The translations under genes and the position numbers were made by a program. Positions 35,821 through 45,538 of a stretch of 64,000 nt of DNA are shown piece after piece. Within the stretch, counting starts at the first letter, position 1, and each line of letters starts with the position of its first letter. The stretch covers positions 74,580 through 138,579 of the forward strand of contig PCAK01000032.1 in assembly GCA_002730525.1 (NCBI GenBank), in the 5' to 3' direction. The notes below the pieces were generated by a model that made no database searches, had not been told where the DNA came from, and saw only the letters and a program-made list of their open reading frames with translations. Source of the DNA: Acidobacteriota bacterium (GTDB lineage Bacteria > Acidobacteriota > Vicinamibacteria > Vicinamibacterales > UBA823).

Positions 35821-36992
35821 TGGCGGCGCAGGGCGGGGCGTGCCACCTCGGCCGTCGCCTCGGAGCGGTCAGGGACCGATTCGTCGCGGAGGGTCTGGAC
35901 GGCCTACTGATCACCCATGTCCCGAACGTCCGCTATCTCACGAACTTCACCGGCAGCGCCGCCGCGCTCCTGGTCGGGACGTCGAGCTGCCGCCTCGTCA
36001 CCGACGGCCGCTACCTGACGGCGATTCGCACGCTGCTGGCGTCTCCCAACGGCCCGCCCGACACCGACATCGTCCCGGTCGAGCGCGCCTACGAGACGAC
36101 CGTCAGCGACCTGCTGGCCGGCATCGGGTGGCGTCGCATCGGCTTCGAGGCGGCGCACACGAGCGTGAAGACGCACCGGCAGTGGACCGACGGCCTACGA
36201 CGCGCGAGCCCGAGCGCCGGGCGGTTTCCCGAGCTGGTACCGACCGAGCGGACCGTGGAGCAGGTCCGCGCGGTCAAGGACCCAGGCGAACTGGCGACGC
36301 TGCGCCGCGGCGGCCAGATGCTCTCGACGGTCGCCGCGGAAGTCCAGCGGACGCTCGCGCCTGGGCAGAGTGAACTCGAGGTCGCCGCGACGGTGGACCA
36401 TACGCTGCGGAGCGGCGGCTTCCAACGATCGGCGTTTGATACGATCGTCGCGTCGGGACCGAACAGCGCGCTCCCGCACGCCCAGCCCGGCACGCGGCGG
36501 CTGGCCGTCAACGACATCGTCCTGCTGGACTTCGGCGGGGTGCACGACGGATACTGCGTTGACGTCAGCCGGGTAGCCTCGATCGGCCCGCCGGGCGAGG
36601 ACGCCAAGCGGCTGCACGCGGCGGTGGCCGAGGCCCAGACCGCCGCGATCGAGGCGGTCCGGCCGGGCGCCTGGGCGAGCGACGTCGACGGCGCGGCACG
36701 CCGCGTCCTCGAGGAGCGCGGCCTCGGTGAGGCGTTCAGTCATGGCACGGGGCATGGCCTCGGCCTGGAGATTCACGAGGAACCGCGAGTCGGGCGCCGC
36801 GACGCCGACCGCGATCGGGCCGTCGCTGCGGGTGCGGACGGTCCCCTGGCGCCGGGTATGGTCTTCACGATCGAACCCGGGGCCTACGAGCCTGGCGTCG
36901 GCGGTGTCAGACTCGAAGACGACGTGGTCGTGACCGACGACGGCTGCGAGATGCTCACTGACGTCGGCCGGGATCTCTGGGTGGTGTCGTGA
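35820..36992 (+). CDS. pepP: Xaa-Pro aminopeptidase (M24B family)
   Basis: It has an N-terminal creatinase-like domain (LLITHVPNVRYLTNFTGS) and the metal ligand motifs DFGGVHDGYCVDVSR, HGTGHGLGLEIHEEP and FTIEPG. Confidence 0.85.
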   Translation: MAAQGGACHLGRRLGAVRDRFVAEGLDGLLITHVPNVRYLTNFTGSAAALLVGTSSCRLVTDGRYLTAIRTLLASPNGPPDTDIVPVERAYETTVSDLLAGIGWRRIGFEAAHTSVKTHRQWTDGLRRASPSAGRFPELVPTERTVEQVRAVKDPGELATLRRGGQMLSTVAAEVQRTLAPGQSELEVAATVDHTLRSGGFQRSAFDTIVASGPNSALPHAQPGTRRLAVNDIVLLDFGGVHDGYCVDVSRVASIGPPGEDAKRLHAAVAEAQTAAIEAVRPGAWASDVDGAARRVLEERGLGEAFSHGTGHGLGLEIHEEPRVGRRDADRDRAVAAGADGPLAPGMVFTIEPGAYEPGVGGVRLEDDVVVTDDGCEMLTDVGRDLWVVS

Positions 36993-37051
36993 GCCCCGGT
37001 CGGCGACGTAGCCCCGCGGGGAAGCCGGCGGAGCAGTCCGACGAACGAGCG

Positions 37052-37495
37052 ATGATGAACCTCGACGAAATCAAGCGGATCCTCGAGATGGCTCGGGAGC
37101 ACAGCCTCTCGGAGCTCGAGATCGAGCAGCAGGGTATCCGGCTCCGGATCAAGCGCGACGGCGGGCGCGGTTCGGCCAGCGTGATCGCGGCGGCGGCCGA
37201 GCCGACCGAGGTGCAGCCCGACACCGATGCGGAGGATGTGATCGAAGTCGCCGTCGTCAAGTCGCCGATCGTCGGCACGTTCTATCGCTCGCCCGATCCG
37301 AACGCCCGTCCGTTCGTCGAGAGCGGCGACACCGTCAGGCGCGGCCAGGTGCTCTGCATCATCGAAGCGATGAAGCTGATGAACGAGATCGATTCCGAGG
37401 TCGACGGCGAGATCGTCGAGGTGTTCGTGGAGAACGGCCAGCCGGTGCAGTACGGCGACCAGCTCTTCGCGATCCGGCCGCGACAGGCGGGCTAG
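37052..37495 (+). CDS. accB: Acetyl-CoA carboxylase biotin carboxyl carrier protein
   Basis: It starts MMNLDEIKRILEM and has the biotinylation motif CIIEAMKLMNEI. The ORF-track start at 36989 adds an unlikely Arg-rich prefix. Confidence 0.9.
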   Translation: MMNLDEIKRILEMAREHSLSELEIEQQGIRLRIKRDGGRGSASVIAAAAEPTEVQPDTDAEDVIEVAVVKSPIVGTFYRSPDPNARPFVESGDTVRRGQVLCIIEAMKLMNEIDSEVDGEIVEVFVENGQPVQYGDQLFAIRPRQAG

Positions 37496-37507
37496 ACGTC
37501 GAGACCG

Positions 37508-38878
37508 ATGTTCAAGAAGATCCTGATCGCCAACCGTGGCGAGATCGCGCTGCGGGTCATTCAGGCCTGCCGGGAGCTCGGTATCAGCACCGTGGCGGTG
37601 TACTCCGATGCCGACGAGCACGCGCTGCATGTCAGCTTCGCCGACGCGGCGGTCTGCATCGGCCCGGAGCGCAGCGCCGACAGCTATCTGAACGTGCCGG
37701 CGGTGATCAGTGCGGCGGAGATCACCGGCGCCGACGCGGTGCATCCCGGCTACGGCTTCCTGTCCGAGAGCGCCTACTTCGCCGAGGTCTGCGAAGCCTG
37801 CCAGATTAAGTTCATCGGGCCCGACCCGACGGTGATCCGGCTGATGGGCGACAAAGCCCGGGCGCGCCGGGCGATGAAGCGGGCCGGTGTGCCCGTGCTG
37901 CCCGGCAGCGAGGGCCCCGTCGACGATCTCGAGACGGCGGAGGCGCTGGCGAAGGAACTCGGGTTTCCGATCATCATCAAGGCGACCGCCGGTGGCGGCG
38001 GGCGCGGCCTGCGGGTGGTGCGCTCGGCGCACGAGCTCGAAGGCGCGTTCCAGACCGCCCAGCACGAAGCCGAGGCGGCGTTCGGCATTCGCGACGTCTA
38101 CATCGAGAAGTTCGTCGAGGCGCCGCGCCACATCGAGGTGCAGGTGCTGGCCGACGAGCACGGCGCCGTGGTGCATCTGGGCGAACGCGAGTGCTCCATC
38201 CAGCGTCGCCACCAGAAGCTCCTGGAAGAGGCACCCTCGGTCGCCCTGACCGACCGGATGCGCAAGAAGCTGGGGAACACCGTGGTGGATGCCGCGAAGG
38301 CGGTGGAGTACCACAACGCCGGTACGTTCGAGTTCCTCATGGACGGCGAGAAGAACTTCTACTTCATGGAAGCCAACACGCGGCTTCAGGTCGAGCATCC
38401 GGTGACGGAGATGATCACCGGGATCGATATCGTCAAGGCGCAGATCAACATCGCGGCGGGTGAGCGGCTCGGGTTCAAGCAGAGCAACGTCAAGCTGCGC
38501 GGCCACGCGATCGAGTGCCGCGTCAACGCGGAGGACCCTGACACGTTCGTGCCGTCGCCGGGCGTCATCGAGACCTTCAGCGTCCTGGGTGGGCCGGGTG
38601 TCCGGCTGGATACCTACGCGCACGCCGGCTGCACGGTGTCGCCGTTCTACGACTCGATGGTGGCCAAGGTGATCGCCCACGGCCGCGACCGCGCCGAGGC
38701 GATCGCGCGGCTGCGCCGGACGCTCGACATGTCTGTCATCGAGGGGATCAAGACGACGATCCCGCTGCATCGGGTCCTGCTGGCCGACCCGGCGTTCGTC
38801 GCCGGCGAGTTCGACACCACCTTCATGGAGTACTTCCAGGCCGAGCGCGAGCGGAAGCGCTTGGCGAAGGCCGTCTAG
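37508..38878 (+). CDS. accC: Acetyl-CoA carboxylase biotin carboxylase subunit
   Basis: 456 aa ORF that starts [26 protein letters not shown] and contains GGGGRG and [14 protein letters not shown]. Confidence 0.95.
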   Translation: MFKKILIANRGEIALRVIQACRELGISTVAVYSDADEHALHVSFADAAVCIGPERSADSYLNVPAVISAAEITGADAVHPGYGFLSESAYFAEVCEACQIKFIGPDPTVIRLMGDKARARRAMKRAGVPVLPGSEGPVDDLETAEALAKELGFPIIIKATAGGGGRGLRVVRSAHELEGAFQTAQHEAEAAFGIRDVYIEKFVEAPRHIEVQVLADEHGAVVHLGERECSIQRRHQKLLEEAPSVALTDRMRKKLGNTVVDAAKAVEYHNAGTFEFLMDGEKNFYFMEANTRLQVEHPVTEMITGIDIVKAQINIAAGERLGFKQSNVKLRGHAIECRVNAEDPDTFVPSPGVIETFSVLGGPGVRLDTYAHAGCTVSPFYDSMVAKVIAHGRDRAEAIARLRRTLDMSVIEGIKTTIPLHRVLLADPAFVAGEFDTTFMEYFQAERERKRLAKAV

Positions 38879-38922
38879 CGCCGCGCTCCGCCACTGGGCG
38901 CGCGCGTTGCGCGCAGTTCCGC

Positions 38923-39588
38923 ATGTCCTCCCGCCCCACGCCGGTGACCCCGCTACCGCGGCTCTACGCCATCGTCGACGCCGAACTGTCGGCGGCCGAG
39001 GGCTGGAACGTCCCCGAGGTGGCGGAGGCGATGATGCGGGGCGGGGCTGGGCTGATACAGCTGCGAGCGAAGTCGGCGCCGAGCGCCGCAGTGCTGGCGT
39101 GGGCCGAGGTGGTGGTGGCGCTCGGAAGGCGGTACGGTGCGACGGTCGTGGTGAACGACCGGGCGGATCTGGCGCGGCTGTCGGGCGCTGGCGGCGTGCA
39201 CGTCGGGCAGGACGACCTGCCGGCGTCGGCGGCGCGGCAGATCGTCGGGTCCGAGGCTCTGGTGGGGCTCTCGACGCACACCCTGACGCAGTTCGAGGCG
39301 GCGCTCGGCGAGCCGATTTCCTATGCGGCCGTCGGGCCGGTCTACGGGACCGCCACGAAGGCCGAGGCCGATGCCGTGGTCGGCTTGGCACTGGTCGAAC
39401 AGGCGGCCGAGTTGGCGAGCGGGATGCCGGGCATCGCGCTCGTCGCGATCGGCGGCATTACCCTCGAGCGTGCCTCCGGGGTCATCGGGGCGGGAGCCAC
39501 CTCGGTCGCGGTGATCTCCGACCTGCTCGTGGGCGGCGACCCGGAGCGCCGGACCGCCGAGTTCCTGGAAGCACTTGAGAATGCATAG
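38923..39588 (+). CDS. thiE: Thiamine-phosphate synthase
   Basis: It has the canonical motifs LYAIVD, IQLRAK, VNDRADLA..GVHVGQDD, GLSTH, VGPVYGTATK and VAIGGI. Confidence 0.9.
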   Translation: MSSRPTPVTPLPRLYAIVDAELSAAEGWNVPEVAEAMMRGGAGLIQLRAKSAPSAAVLAWAEVVVALGRRYGATVVVNDRADLARLSGAGGVHVGQDDLPASAARQIVGSEALVGLSTHTLTQFEAALGEPISYAAVGPVYGTATKAEADAVVGLALVEQAAELASGMPGIALVAIGGITLERASGVIGAGATSVAVISDLLVGGDPERRTAEFLEALENA

Positions 39589-39676
39589 GGCAGGGCGACG
39601 CCCACGTTGGCCTTCGCTTCGCTCGGCCAGGCGGCCCTGAAGGACCGCCCTACGCATCCTGCCAGGCGCGCGCGGC

Positions 39677-39768
39677 CTCCAGCTAGTCTCGGTGGCGCGG
39701 GGCTCCAGCTAGTCTCGGTGGCGCGGGGCTTCCGTCGCTCCCCCGGTGGCGCGGGGCTTCAGCCCCGC
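39677..39768. repeat. Tandem repeat (26 + 26 + 28 nt units) ending in a GC hairpin, in the convergent thiE/symporter intergenic region
   Basis: CTCCAGCTAGTCTCGGTGGCGCGGGG occurs twice exactly (39677-39702 and 39703-39728), followed by the variant CTTCCGTCGCTCCCCCGGTGGCGCGGGG. The hairpin GCGGGGC-TTCA-GCCCCGC is at 39751-39768. Confidence 0.7.
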
Positions 39769-39813
39769 AAGTGAGCAATCCGCCAGGATTGCCCACTCCT
39801 CTCAACCCTGCGC

Positions 39814-41205
39814 CTAGGCGTTCGCCCCGCCCTGGAAGTACTCCGTCGTCAGCTTCTTCACCGTCCCGACCAGGAACACTAGGCCGATCAGATTCGGAAA
39901 CGCCATGAACCCGTTCAGCAGGGTGCCGATCGCCCAGACCACCGGTACGGAGATGACGGCGCCGACCATGACGAGCGCGGTGAACAGCATCCGATACGGC
40001 ATGATCATCTTCGAGCCGAACATGAACTCGAAGCACTTCTCGCCATAGTAGTACCAGCCGATCAGCGTCGAGAAGCCGAACAGGAACGAGCACAGCGCCA
40101 CGATCAGCGAGGCGAACGGGATGTTGGTGCTGAGCGCGGCGGCCGTCAGGTCGCCGCTCGACGCCTGATACGCCGGGTCGGTCCAGAGGCCCGACGAGAG
40201 GATGATGAACGCGGTCATCGAGCAGACGAGGATCGTATCGACGAAGACCTCGAACAGCCCGACGACGCCCTGCTCGGCCGGGTGGTTCACCTTGGCGATG
40301 CCGTGGGCGATCGGTGCGCTGCCGAGGCCGGCTTCGTTCGAGAGGACGCCCCGGCTGATGCCCGCGGCGACGGCCTGGGCGACCGACGCGCCGATGAAGC
40401 CGCCCGCCGCCGCCGATGGTGAGAAGGCCCGGGAAAGGATCAGACCGAACACGGCCGGGAGCTGGGTCAGGTTCATCAGGATGTAGATCGTGGCCGTCGC
40501 GACGTAGAGGACGATCATCGACGGCACGAGCGTCTCGGCCACGGCGGCGATCCGCTGGATGCCGCCGAGCAGGACGAGGCCGACGCACACGGTGATCAGC
40601 AGCCCCGGGACCCACAGCGCGACCTCGAGGCCGAAGATCGTGCTGGCCGCCTCCACGAACGTGCGGGCGACGGTGTTCGATTGGGCCATGTTGCCGGTGC
40701 CCACGAGCGCCGTCACCGCGCCGAAGAAGGCGAACGCATAGGCCAGCGGCTTGGCCAACGTCTGATTCTTGATGCCGCCGGTGATGTAGTACATCGGCCC
40801 CGCCGCCAGTTCGCCGTTCTCACGCGTGACGCGATAGTGAACGCCGAGGATCGCCTCGGCGTACTTGGTCGCCATGCCGACGGCGGCGCAGACCCACATC
40901 CAGAAGATGGCGCCCGGCCCACCGATGAGGATGGCCGTGGCGACGCCGCCGATGTTGCCGTTGCCGACCGTCGACGCGAGCGCCGTCGACAGCGCCTGAA
41001 ACGGTGTAATCGTCCCGTCCGTTCCCCCGCCCTTCTGGAAGGCGCCGGCGAAGACCGTCCGGACGGCGACCGGGAAGCGCCGAATCTGCACCAGGCCGGT
41101 CTTGACCGAGATGAGCGCCCCGACGAGCAGGAGCACCGCAGGCATCAGCATCGGCTGGTACACGAAGTCGTTGACGGCCAGGATTTGGTTCGTCAGGTCT
41201 TCCAT
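39814..41205 (-). CDS. Alanine/glycine:cation symporter (AGCS family)
   Basis: 463 aa multi-TM ORF with ITPFQALSTALASTVGNGNIGGVATAI and GPGAIFWMW motifs. Confidence 0.9.
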   Translation of the reverse strand: MEDLTNQILAVNDFVYQPMLMPAVLLLVGALISVKTGLVQIRRFPVAVRTVFAGAFQKGGGTDGTITPFQALSTALASTVGNGNIGGVATAILIGGPGAIFWMWVCAAVGMATKYAEAILGVHYRVTRENGELAAGPMYYITGGIKNQTLAKPLAYAFAFFGAVTALVGTGNMAQSNTVARTFVEAASTIFGLEVALWVPGLLITVCVGLVLLGGIQRIAAVAETLVPSMIVLYVATATIYILMNLTQLPAVFGLILSRAFSPSAAAGGFIGASVAQAVAAGISRGVLSNEAGLGSAPIAHGIAKVNHPAEQGVVGLFEVFVDTILVCSMTAFIILSSGLWTDPAYQASSGDLTAAALSTNIPFASLIVALCSFLFGFSTLIGWYYYGEKCFEFMFGSKMIMPYRMLFTALVMVGAVISVPVVWAIGTLLNGFMAFPNLIGLVFLVGTVKKLTTEYFQGGANA

Positions 41206-41245
41206 CCGGGGCTCCTTGGTCGCGGGCGGTCGGCGCGCGCGGGTC

Positions 41246-42613
41246 TCAGCCGATCATCGACTGCACGGTGACGAAGAGAATGAGAAAAATGGCGACTGGG
41301 CAGGCGTAGCGAATCAGGTTGCCCCAGAGCCGGCTGTCCGGAAACCACGCCTGCTCGGCCCGAAGTTCCTCGAGCGCGTTGTCGATCCGCCAGACGTAGC
41401 CGACGAAGATCGCCGTCAGGAATCCACCGATCGGCAGGGCGAAGTTGTTCCACATCGTGATCATCAGCGTCTGGAAGTCGATGCCGATGACGGGCAGTTG
41501 ACTGAAGAAGCCGGAGGCGCCGTTGGCCAGCGCCGAGGGGGCGGCGAGACAGAACGTGCCGAGCGTCACGACGACGACCGCCTTTCGACGCGGCCATCCG
41601 TGTGCGTCGATGAAGTGGGCGACCGGCACCTCGAGGAGGGAGACCGCCGAGGTCAGCGCGGCCATCGTGAGCAGGATGAAGAATGCCGCGCCGAAGAGGT
41701 TGCCGCCGGGCAAGGTCGCGAACAGCCGCGGGAGCACCACGAAGATCAGGCCGGGGCCGCTCGCCGAGGGATCGAATCCCGGGATCGAGAAGCCCGACGG
41801 GAAGATGATGAAGCCGGCGAGGAGCGCGATCGCGGTGTCCAGCGCCACGACCATCAACGCCGCCTGGGCGATGCCCTCACGGCGGGTCAGGTAGCTGCCG
41901 TAGACCAGCATCGTGCCCATGCCGAGGCTGAGCGAGAAGAAGGCCTGGCCCAGGGCGGCGTTTATGACGCGGATGTCGAAGATCCTGCTGAAGTCCGGCC
42001 GGAGGTAGTAGGTGAGTCCCTCGGCGGCGCCGGGCAAGGTCAGTGCGCGCGCGGCGAGGAGCAGCAGTAGGCCGATGAGCAGCGGCATCATCAGCTTCGT
42101 CATCCGCTCGATGCCGGACCGGACGCCGCCCAGCAGGACGCTCCCGGTCACGGCCATGATGACGAACGTCAGGAACAGGTTGACCGGCCCGCTGGCCGTG
42201 AACTCGGTGAAGAACGCGCCGATCTCCTCGGCGCTGGACCCGGCCGCGCCGGTGCCCGCGAACCAGATGTAGGCGAGTGTCCAGCCGGCGATGACGGCGT
42301 AGAACGAGAGGATCCCGACGCCGGCGGCGACGAACATCGCGCCGGCGAGCCACCACTTGGAATTCGGCCGCACCGCGCGAAAGGCACCCACCGGGTCGGT
42401 TTGCGTCCGGCGGCCCAGGGCCAGCTCGGCGATCAGGATCGGAAAACAGATGAAGGCGATGCAGGCGAGATAGAGCAGCACGAAGGCCGCGCCGCCCCCC
42501 TGACCGACCTGGGTCGGAAACCCCCAGATGTTGCCGAGGCCGACGGCCGACCCCGCGGCGGCCAGGACGAAGCCGAACCTGGATCCCCACATCCCGCGAT
42601 CACTCATCGCCAT
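41246..42613 (-). CDS. Sodium-dependent transporter (NSS/SNF family)
   Basis: 455 aa ORF with WGSRFGFVLAAAGSAVGLGNIWGFP, the NSS hallmark. It lies 40 nt upstream of the AGCS gene. Confidence 0.9.
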   Translation of the reverse strand: MAMSDRGMWGSRFGFVLAAAGSAVGLGNIWGFPTQVGQGGGAAFVLLYLACIAFICFPILIAELALGRRTQTDPVGAFRAVRPNSKWWLAGAMFVAAGVGILSFYAVIAGWTLAYIWFAGTGAAGSSAEEIGAFFTEFTASGPVNLFLTFVIMAVTGSVLLGGVRSGIERMTKLMMPLLIGLLLLLAARALTLPGAAEGLTYYLRPDFSRIFDIRVINAALGQAFFSLSLGMGTMLVYGSYLTRREGIAQAALMVVALDTAIALLAGFIIFPSGFSIPGFDPSASGPGLIFVVLPRLFATLPGGNLFGAAFFILLTMAALTSAVSLLEVPVAHFIDAHGWPRRKAVVVVTLGTFCLAAPSALANGASGFFSQLPVIGIDFQTLMITMWNNFALPIGGFLTAIFVGYVWRIDNALEELRAEQAWFPDSRLWGNLIRYACPVAIFLILFVTVQSMIG

Positions 42614-42664
42614 CGCCTTTCCGTCCGTCTGATGCTGTGCATTGAAGTATTGAAGAGCGGCGGC

Positions 42665-42693
42665 ATTCTACTGGACTTTACAGGTCATCCCAA
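42665..42693 (-). promoter_or_regulatory. Candidate promoter of the NSS-AGCS operon (TTGGGA-17-TAGAAT)
   Basis: The minus strand has TTGGGA (42693-42688), a 17-nt spacer and TAGAAT (42670-42665), about 50 nt upstream of ATG 42613. Confidence 0.45.
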
Positions 42694-42715
42694 GCCGAAA
42701 CTGTCGCTGCCGGAC

Positions 42716-42724
42716 TGCTAGAAT
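42716..42724 (+). promoter_or_regulatory. Candidate extended -10 (TGCTAGAAT) 8 nt upstream of folD ATG
   Basis: TGcTAGAAT is at 42716-42724, followed by the 8 nt gccgcagg and ATG 42733. I saw no convincing -35. Confidence 0.35.
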
Positions 42725-42732
42725 GCCGCAGG

Positions 42733-43668
42733 ATGAGTGCACGGCTTCTCGACGGCAAGCGCACGGCGGCCGAGATCCGATCCGGGCTGTCGCCGCGGAT
42801 CGCTGCCTGTACAGAGCGGCTGGGCCGGCCTCCCGCGCTGGGGATCCTGCTCGTGGGAGACGACCCGGCCTCCCAGGTCTACGTGGGCACCAAGTCGAAG
42901 GTGGGCGACGCCCTGGGCCTGGCGGTCGAGGTCGTCACGCTGCCGTCGACCGCCACGCTCGAGGCAGCCCGCCAGGTCGTGGAGCGGTTCAATGCCAGTG
43001 ACGACCACGACGGCATCCTGGTTCAAGCCCCGCTCCCGGCCGCGCATGGTCCGGACGCCGAGCGGGCGCTGTTCGATGCGATCGACCCGCTGAAGGATGT
43101 CGACGGCTTCCATCCCGCCAATGTCGGTCGCCTCGTCCAGGGGCGTCCGCGGTTCGCACCGTGCACGCCCGCCGGCATCCTCGAGTTGTTCGACCGCAGC
43201 GGCATCGAACTGGCCGGGAGCCGCGCGGTCGTGATCGGGCGCAGCCAGATTGTCGGCAAGCCGATGGCGCTGCTGCTGCTGCACCGCCATGCCACCGTGA
43301 CCGTCTGCCACTCGCGAACACGCGATCTGCCTGCCGTGGCGCGCGAGGCCGACATTCTCGTGGCGGCGATCGGCCGGCCGGCGTTCGTGACGCCGGAGTA
43401 CGTCAGGCCCGGGGCGACCGTCGTCGATGTCGGGATCAACCGTGTGGCCGACGAGGCGACGATTCGCGACCTGCTGCCCGCCGACTCGCCGCGACTGGCG
43501 AGCTTCGCACGCCGAGGCTCGCTGCTCGTCGGCGACGTGCACCCGGCGGTCTCCGACACGGCCGGCGCTCTGACGCCTGTGCCTGGCGGTGTCGGCCCGA
43601 TGACGGTGGCGATGTTGATGGTGAATACCGTGCGCGCGGCCGAGATCCGGCTGGGCGCGGAGGACTGA
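42733..43668 (+). CDS. folD: Bifunctional methylenetetrahydrofolate dehydrogenase/cyclohydrolase
   Basis: 311 aa ORF with LLDGKRTAAEIR, LLVGDDPASQVYV, GILVQAPLP, VIGRSQIVGKP and PVPGGVGPMT. Confidence 0.95.
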   Translation: MSARLLDGKRTAAEIRSGLSPRIAACTERLGRPPALGILLVGDDPASQVYVGTKSKVGDALGLAVEVVTLPSTATLEAARQVVERFNASDDHDGILVQAPLPAAHGPDAERALFDAIDPLKDVDGFHPANVGRLVQGRPRFAPCTPAGILELFDRSGIELAGSRAVVIGRSQIVGKPMALLLLHRHATVTVCHSRTRDLPAVAREADILVAAIGRPAFVTPEYVRPGATVVDVGINRVADEATIRDLLPADSPRLASFARRGSLLVGDVHPAVSDTAGALTPVPGGVGPMTVAMLMVNTVRAAEIRLGAED

Positions 43669-43681
43669 ATCCAGCCCCCGG

Positions 43682-44281
43682 CTATCGGCTGCCGAGGCCG
43701 ATCACGAAGCGGTCGACCTGGGTGTCGGTCTCGTCCAGGGTGCCCGCCGTGGAGATGACGACGTCGGCCTGGGCGGCCTTCTCGGCCGTCGGGAGCTGGG
43801 CAGCGATCCGCCGCCGCGCCTCGGCCTCGTCCAGCCCGTTGCGGGCCATGATCCGCTGGACCTGGGTCTCCGGATCGCACTCGGTGACGACGACCAGGTC
43901 GAAGTCCCCCGCGTGCCCGGTTTCGTAGAGCAGCGGGATGTCGGCGACCGCGGCGGCATCGGTGTTCGCGGCGGCCAGCCGGTCGAGCCAGGCCGCGATC
44001 GTCGCGTAGACGCGCGGGTGGAGGATCTGTTCGAGGTCGCGCCTGGCGTCGGCGTCGGCGAAGACGATGCCGGCGAGCGCCGGGCGATCGAGGGTGCCGT
44101 CGGCCGTGCAGACGCCCTCGCCGAAACGATCGCGGATCTCCTGCCACGCCGGTTGGCCGGCGCGGACCGCATGCCGGGCGATCACGTCCGCGTCGATGGT
44201 CGGGAGGCCCAGTGCGGCCATCCGGGCCCGCACGTGACTCTTGCCGGTGGCGAGGCCGCCGGTGAGCGCAATCCTCAGCAT
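43682..44281 (-). CDS. coaE: Dephospho-CoA kinase
   Basis: It starts MLRIALTGGLATGKS (P-loop), followed by IDADVIAR. Confidence 0.9.
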   Translation of the reverse strand: MLRIALTGGLATGKSHVRARMAALGLPTIDADVIARHAVRAGQPAWQEIRDRFGEGVCTADGTLDRPALAGIVFADADARRDLEQILHPRVYATIAAWLDRLAAANTDAAAVADIPLLYETGHAGDFDLVVVTECDPETQVQRIMARNGLDEAEARRRIAAQLPTAEKAAQADVVISTAGTLDETDTQVDRFVIGLGSR

Positions 44282-44302
44282 CGCATGATGGCGGCGTGCC
44301 CG

Positions 44303-45538
44303 TCAGTTGCGTTCACGAGGCGCGTCGGTCGGATCCTTCGCCGGCGCAATCCGTTCCTCGAGGAAGGTACTCCACTCGTGGCACTGCGGACACTGCCAGA
44401 GCAGCTCGGTGCTGCGGTACCGGCAGTGCGTGCAAACGTGCGGGTCGAGGTAGAAGACCGCGCCGCGCGTCAAATCGATGTACTGCTGGACCAACGAGGT
44501 GTCGAAGCCCAGCTTGCTCAGCGTCTGCCAGATCGTCTGGTGGATCGACAGGGCGTGTGGGTTGTGCACCAAGGCTTCGAAGAGCAGTTCGAGGGCCTCG
44601 CGTAGCGCGCCGCGTTCGGCCGAGTGACGGGCGAGTGCCAGGCGGGCACGCCATTCGACCGGGTTGGCCGCGATCAGCCCGCGGCACAACTCCTGGAACT
44701 TTCCGGGTGCGCCGGCCTTGGGGTAGGCGGCTGCGAGCCGGTCGAACGCCAGGTAGGCGCGCTCGGGCGCCATGTCGACGACGCGTTCCCAAGAGGTGAT
44801 CGCGCCCTGCACGTCGCCGCAGGCCAGGCGCACGTCGCCCAGATAGAGGTAGGCGGGCACCGTGCCGTCTTTCAGCTGGATGGCTGCCTCGAACCGTGAG
44901 ATGGCTTCCGTCGGGTCGGCGTTCCGCTGCGCTTCACGGCCGATCTCGGTTTCGAGGAACGCCAGGATCGCCCGATGCGCGTCCTGCGCGTCGGGCTCGG
45001 CCAGCGTCATGGCGCGCTGCCGGATGGCGTAGGCCTCGGCCCACTGGTGCTGCTCCTCGTGGAGCTTTTCCAGGTTAAGGAGGGCGTAGCGGTTGTTCGG
45101 GTCGAGGCGGAGCACTTCGTTGAACGCCTCGAGCGCGCGATCCACGAACCCGCCGCGCTTGAAGTCGAGGCCGAGGCAGAGCAGCACGTAGGCATGCTCG
45201 ATGGTGGAGAGGCCCGAACGCTGCAACAAGGCCTGGTGCACCTGGATCGCCCGGCCGACCTGGCCTTTCTCACGGTACAGGTTGCCGAGAATCATGTGCA
45301 CTTCGAGGGCGTCGGCGTCGAGGCCGGCCGCGTTGCTCAACTCCTCGATCGCCAGGTCGATCTGGTTCGAGACGAGGAAGTTCAGCCCGAGAATGTAGTG
45401 GGGCGACTGCCGGGCCTTGCGGCGGTCGATCCAGCGGCCGCCGCGCAGCTTGTAGCGCTCCCAGGCCTTGCCGACCGCCAGGCCGACGAGGAGCGCCACG
45501 AGCACGGCGACGAACGCGGCGGAGGCGGCGTTATCCAT
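44303..45538 (-). CDS. lapB: Lipopolysaccharide assembly protein LapB/YciM-like (TM + TPR + C-terminal zinc finger)
   Basis: It has an N-terminal TM segment, multiple TPRs and a C-terminal CTHCRYRSTELLWQCPQCHEW motif. It sits in the Kdo operon. Confidence 0.85.
   Translation of the reverse strand: MDNAASAAFVAVLVALLVGLAVGKAWERYKLRGGRWIDRRKARQSPHYILGLNFLVSNQIDLAIEELSNAAGLDADALEVHMILGNLYREKGQVGRAIQVHQALLQRSGLSTIEHAYVLLCLGLDFKRGGFVDRALEAFNEVLRLDPNNRYALLNLEKLHEEQHQWAEAYAIRQRAMTLAEPDAQDAHRAILAFLETEIGREAQRNADPTEAISRFEAAIQLKDGTVPAYLYLGDVRLACGDVQGAITSWERVVDMAPERAYLAFDRLAAAYPKAGAPGKFQELCRGLIAANPVEWRARLALARHSAERGALREALELLFEALVHNPHALSIHQTIWQTLSKLGFDTSLVQQYIDLTRGAVFYLDPHVCTHCRYRSTELLWQCPQCHEWSTFLEERIAPAKDPTDAPRERN

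Noticed and set aside
38879-38922. TPP riboswitch upstream of thiE (and upstream of the ThiE-like gene at 4432-4492).
   Set aside because: The gaps are only 44 nt and about 60 nt. I found none of the conserved THI-box elements (for example the CUGAGA core). thiE appears to be simply co-transcribed after accC.
39677-39768. Possible CRISPR array.
   Set aside because: There are only three directly abutting units with no unique spacers between them, and no cas genes are in the window. It is a simple tandem repeat.
42614-42732. Glycine riboswitch upstream of the NSS/AGCS symporter operon.
   Set aside because: AGCS genes are often glycine-riboswitch controlled. However, the leader here is about 50 nt, too short for an aptamer, and I could not find the conserved glycine-aptamer sequence blocks.
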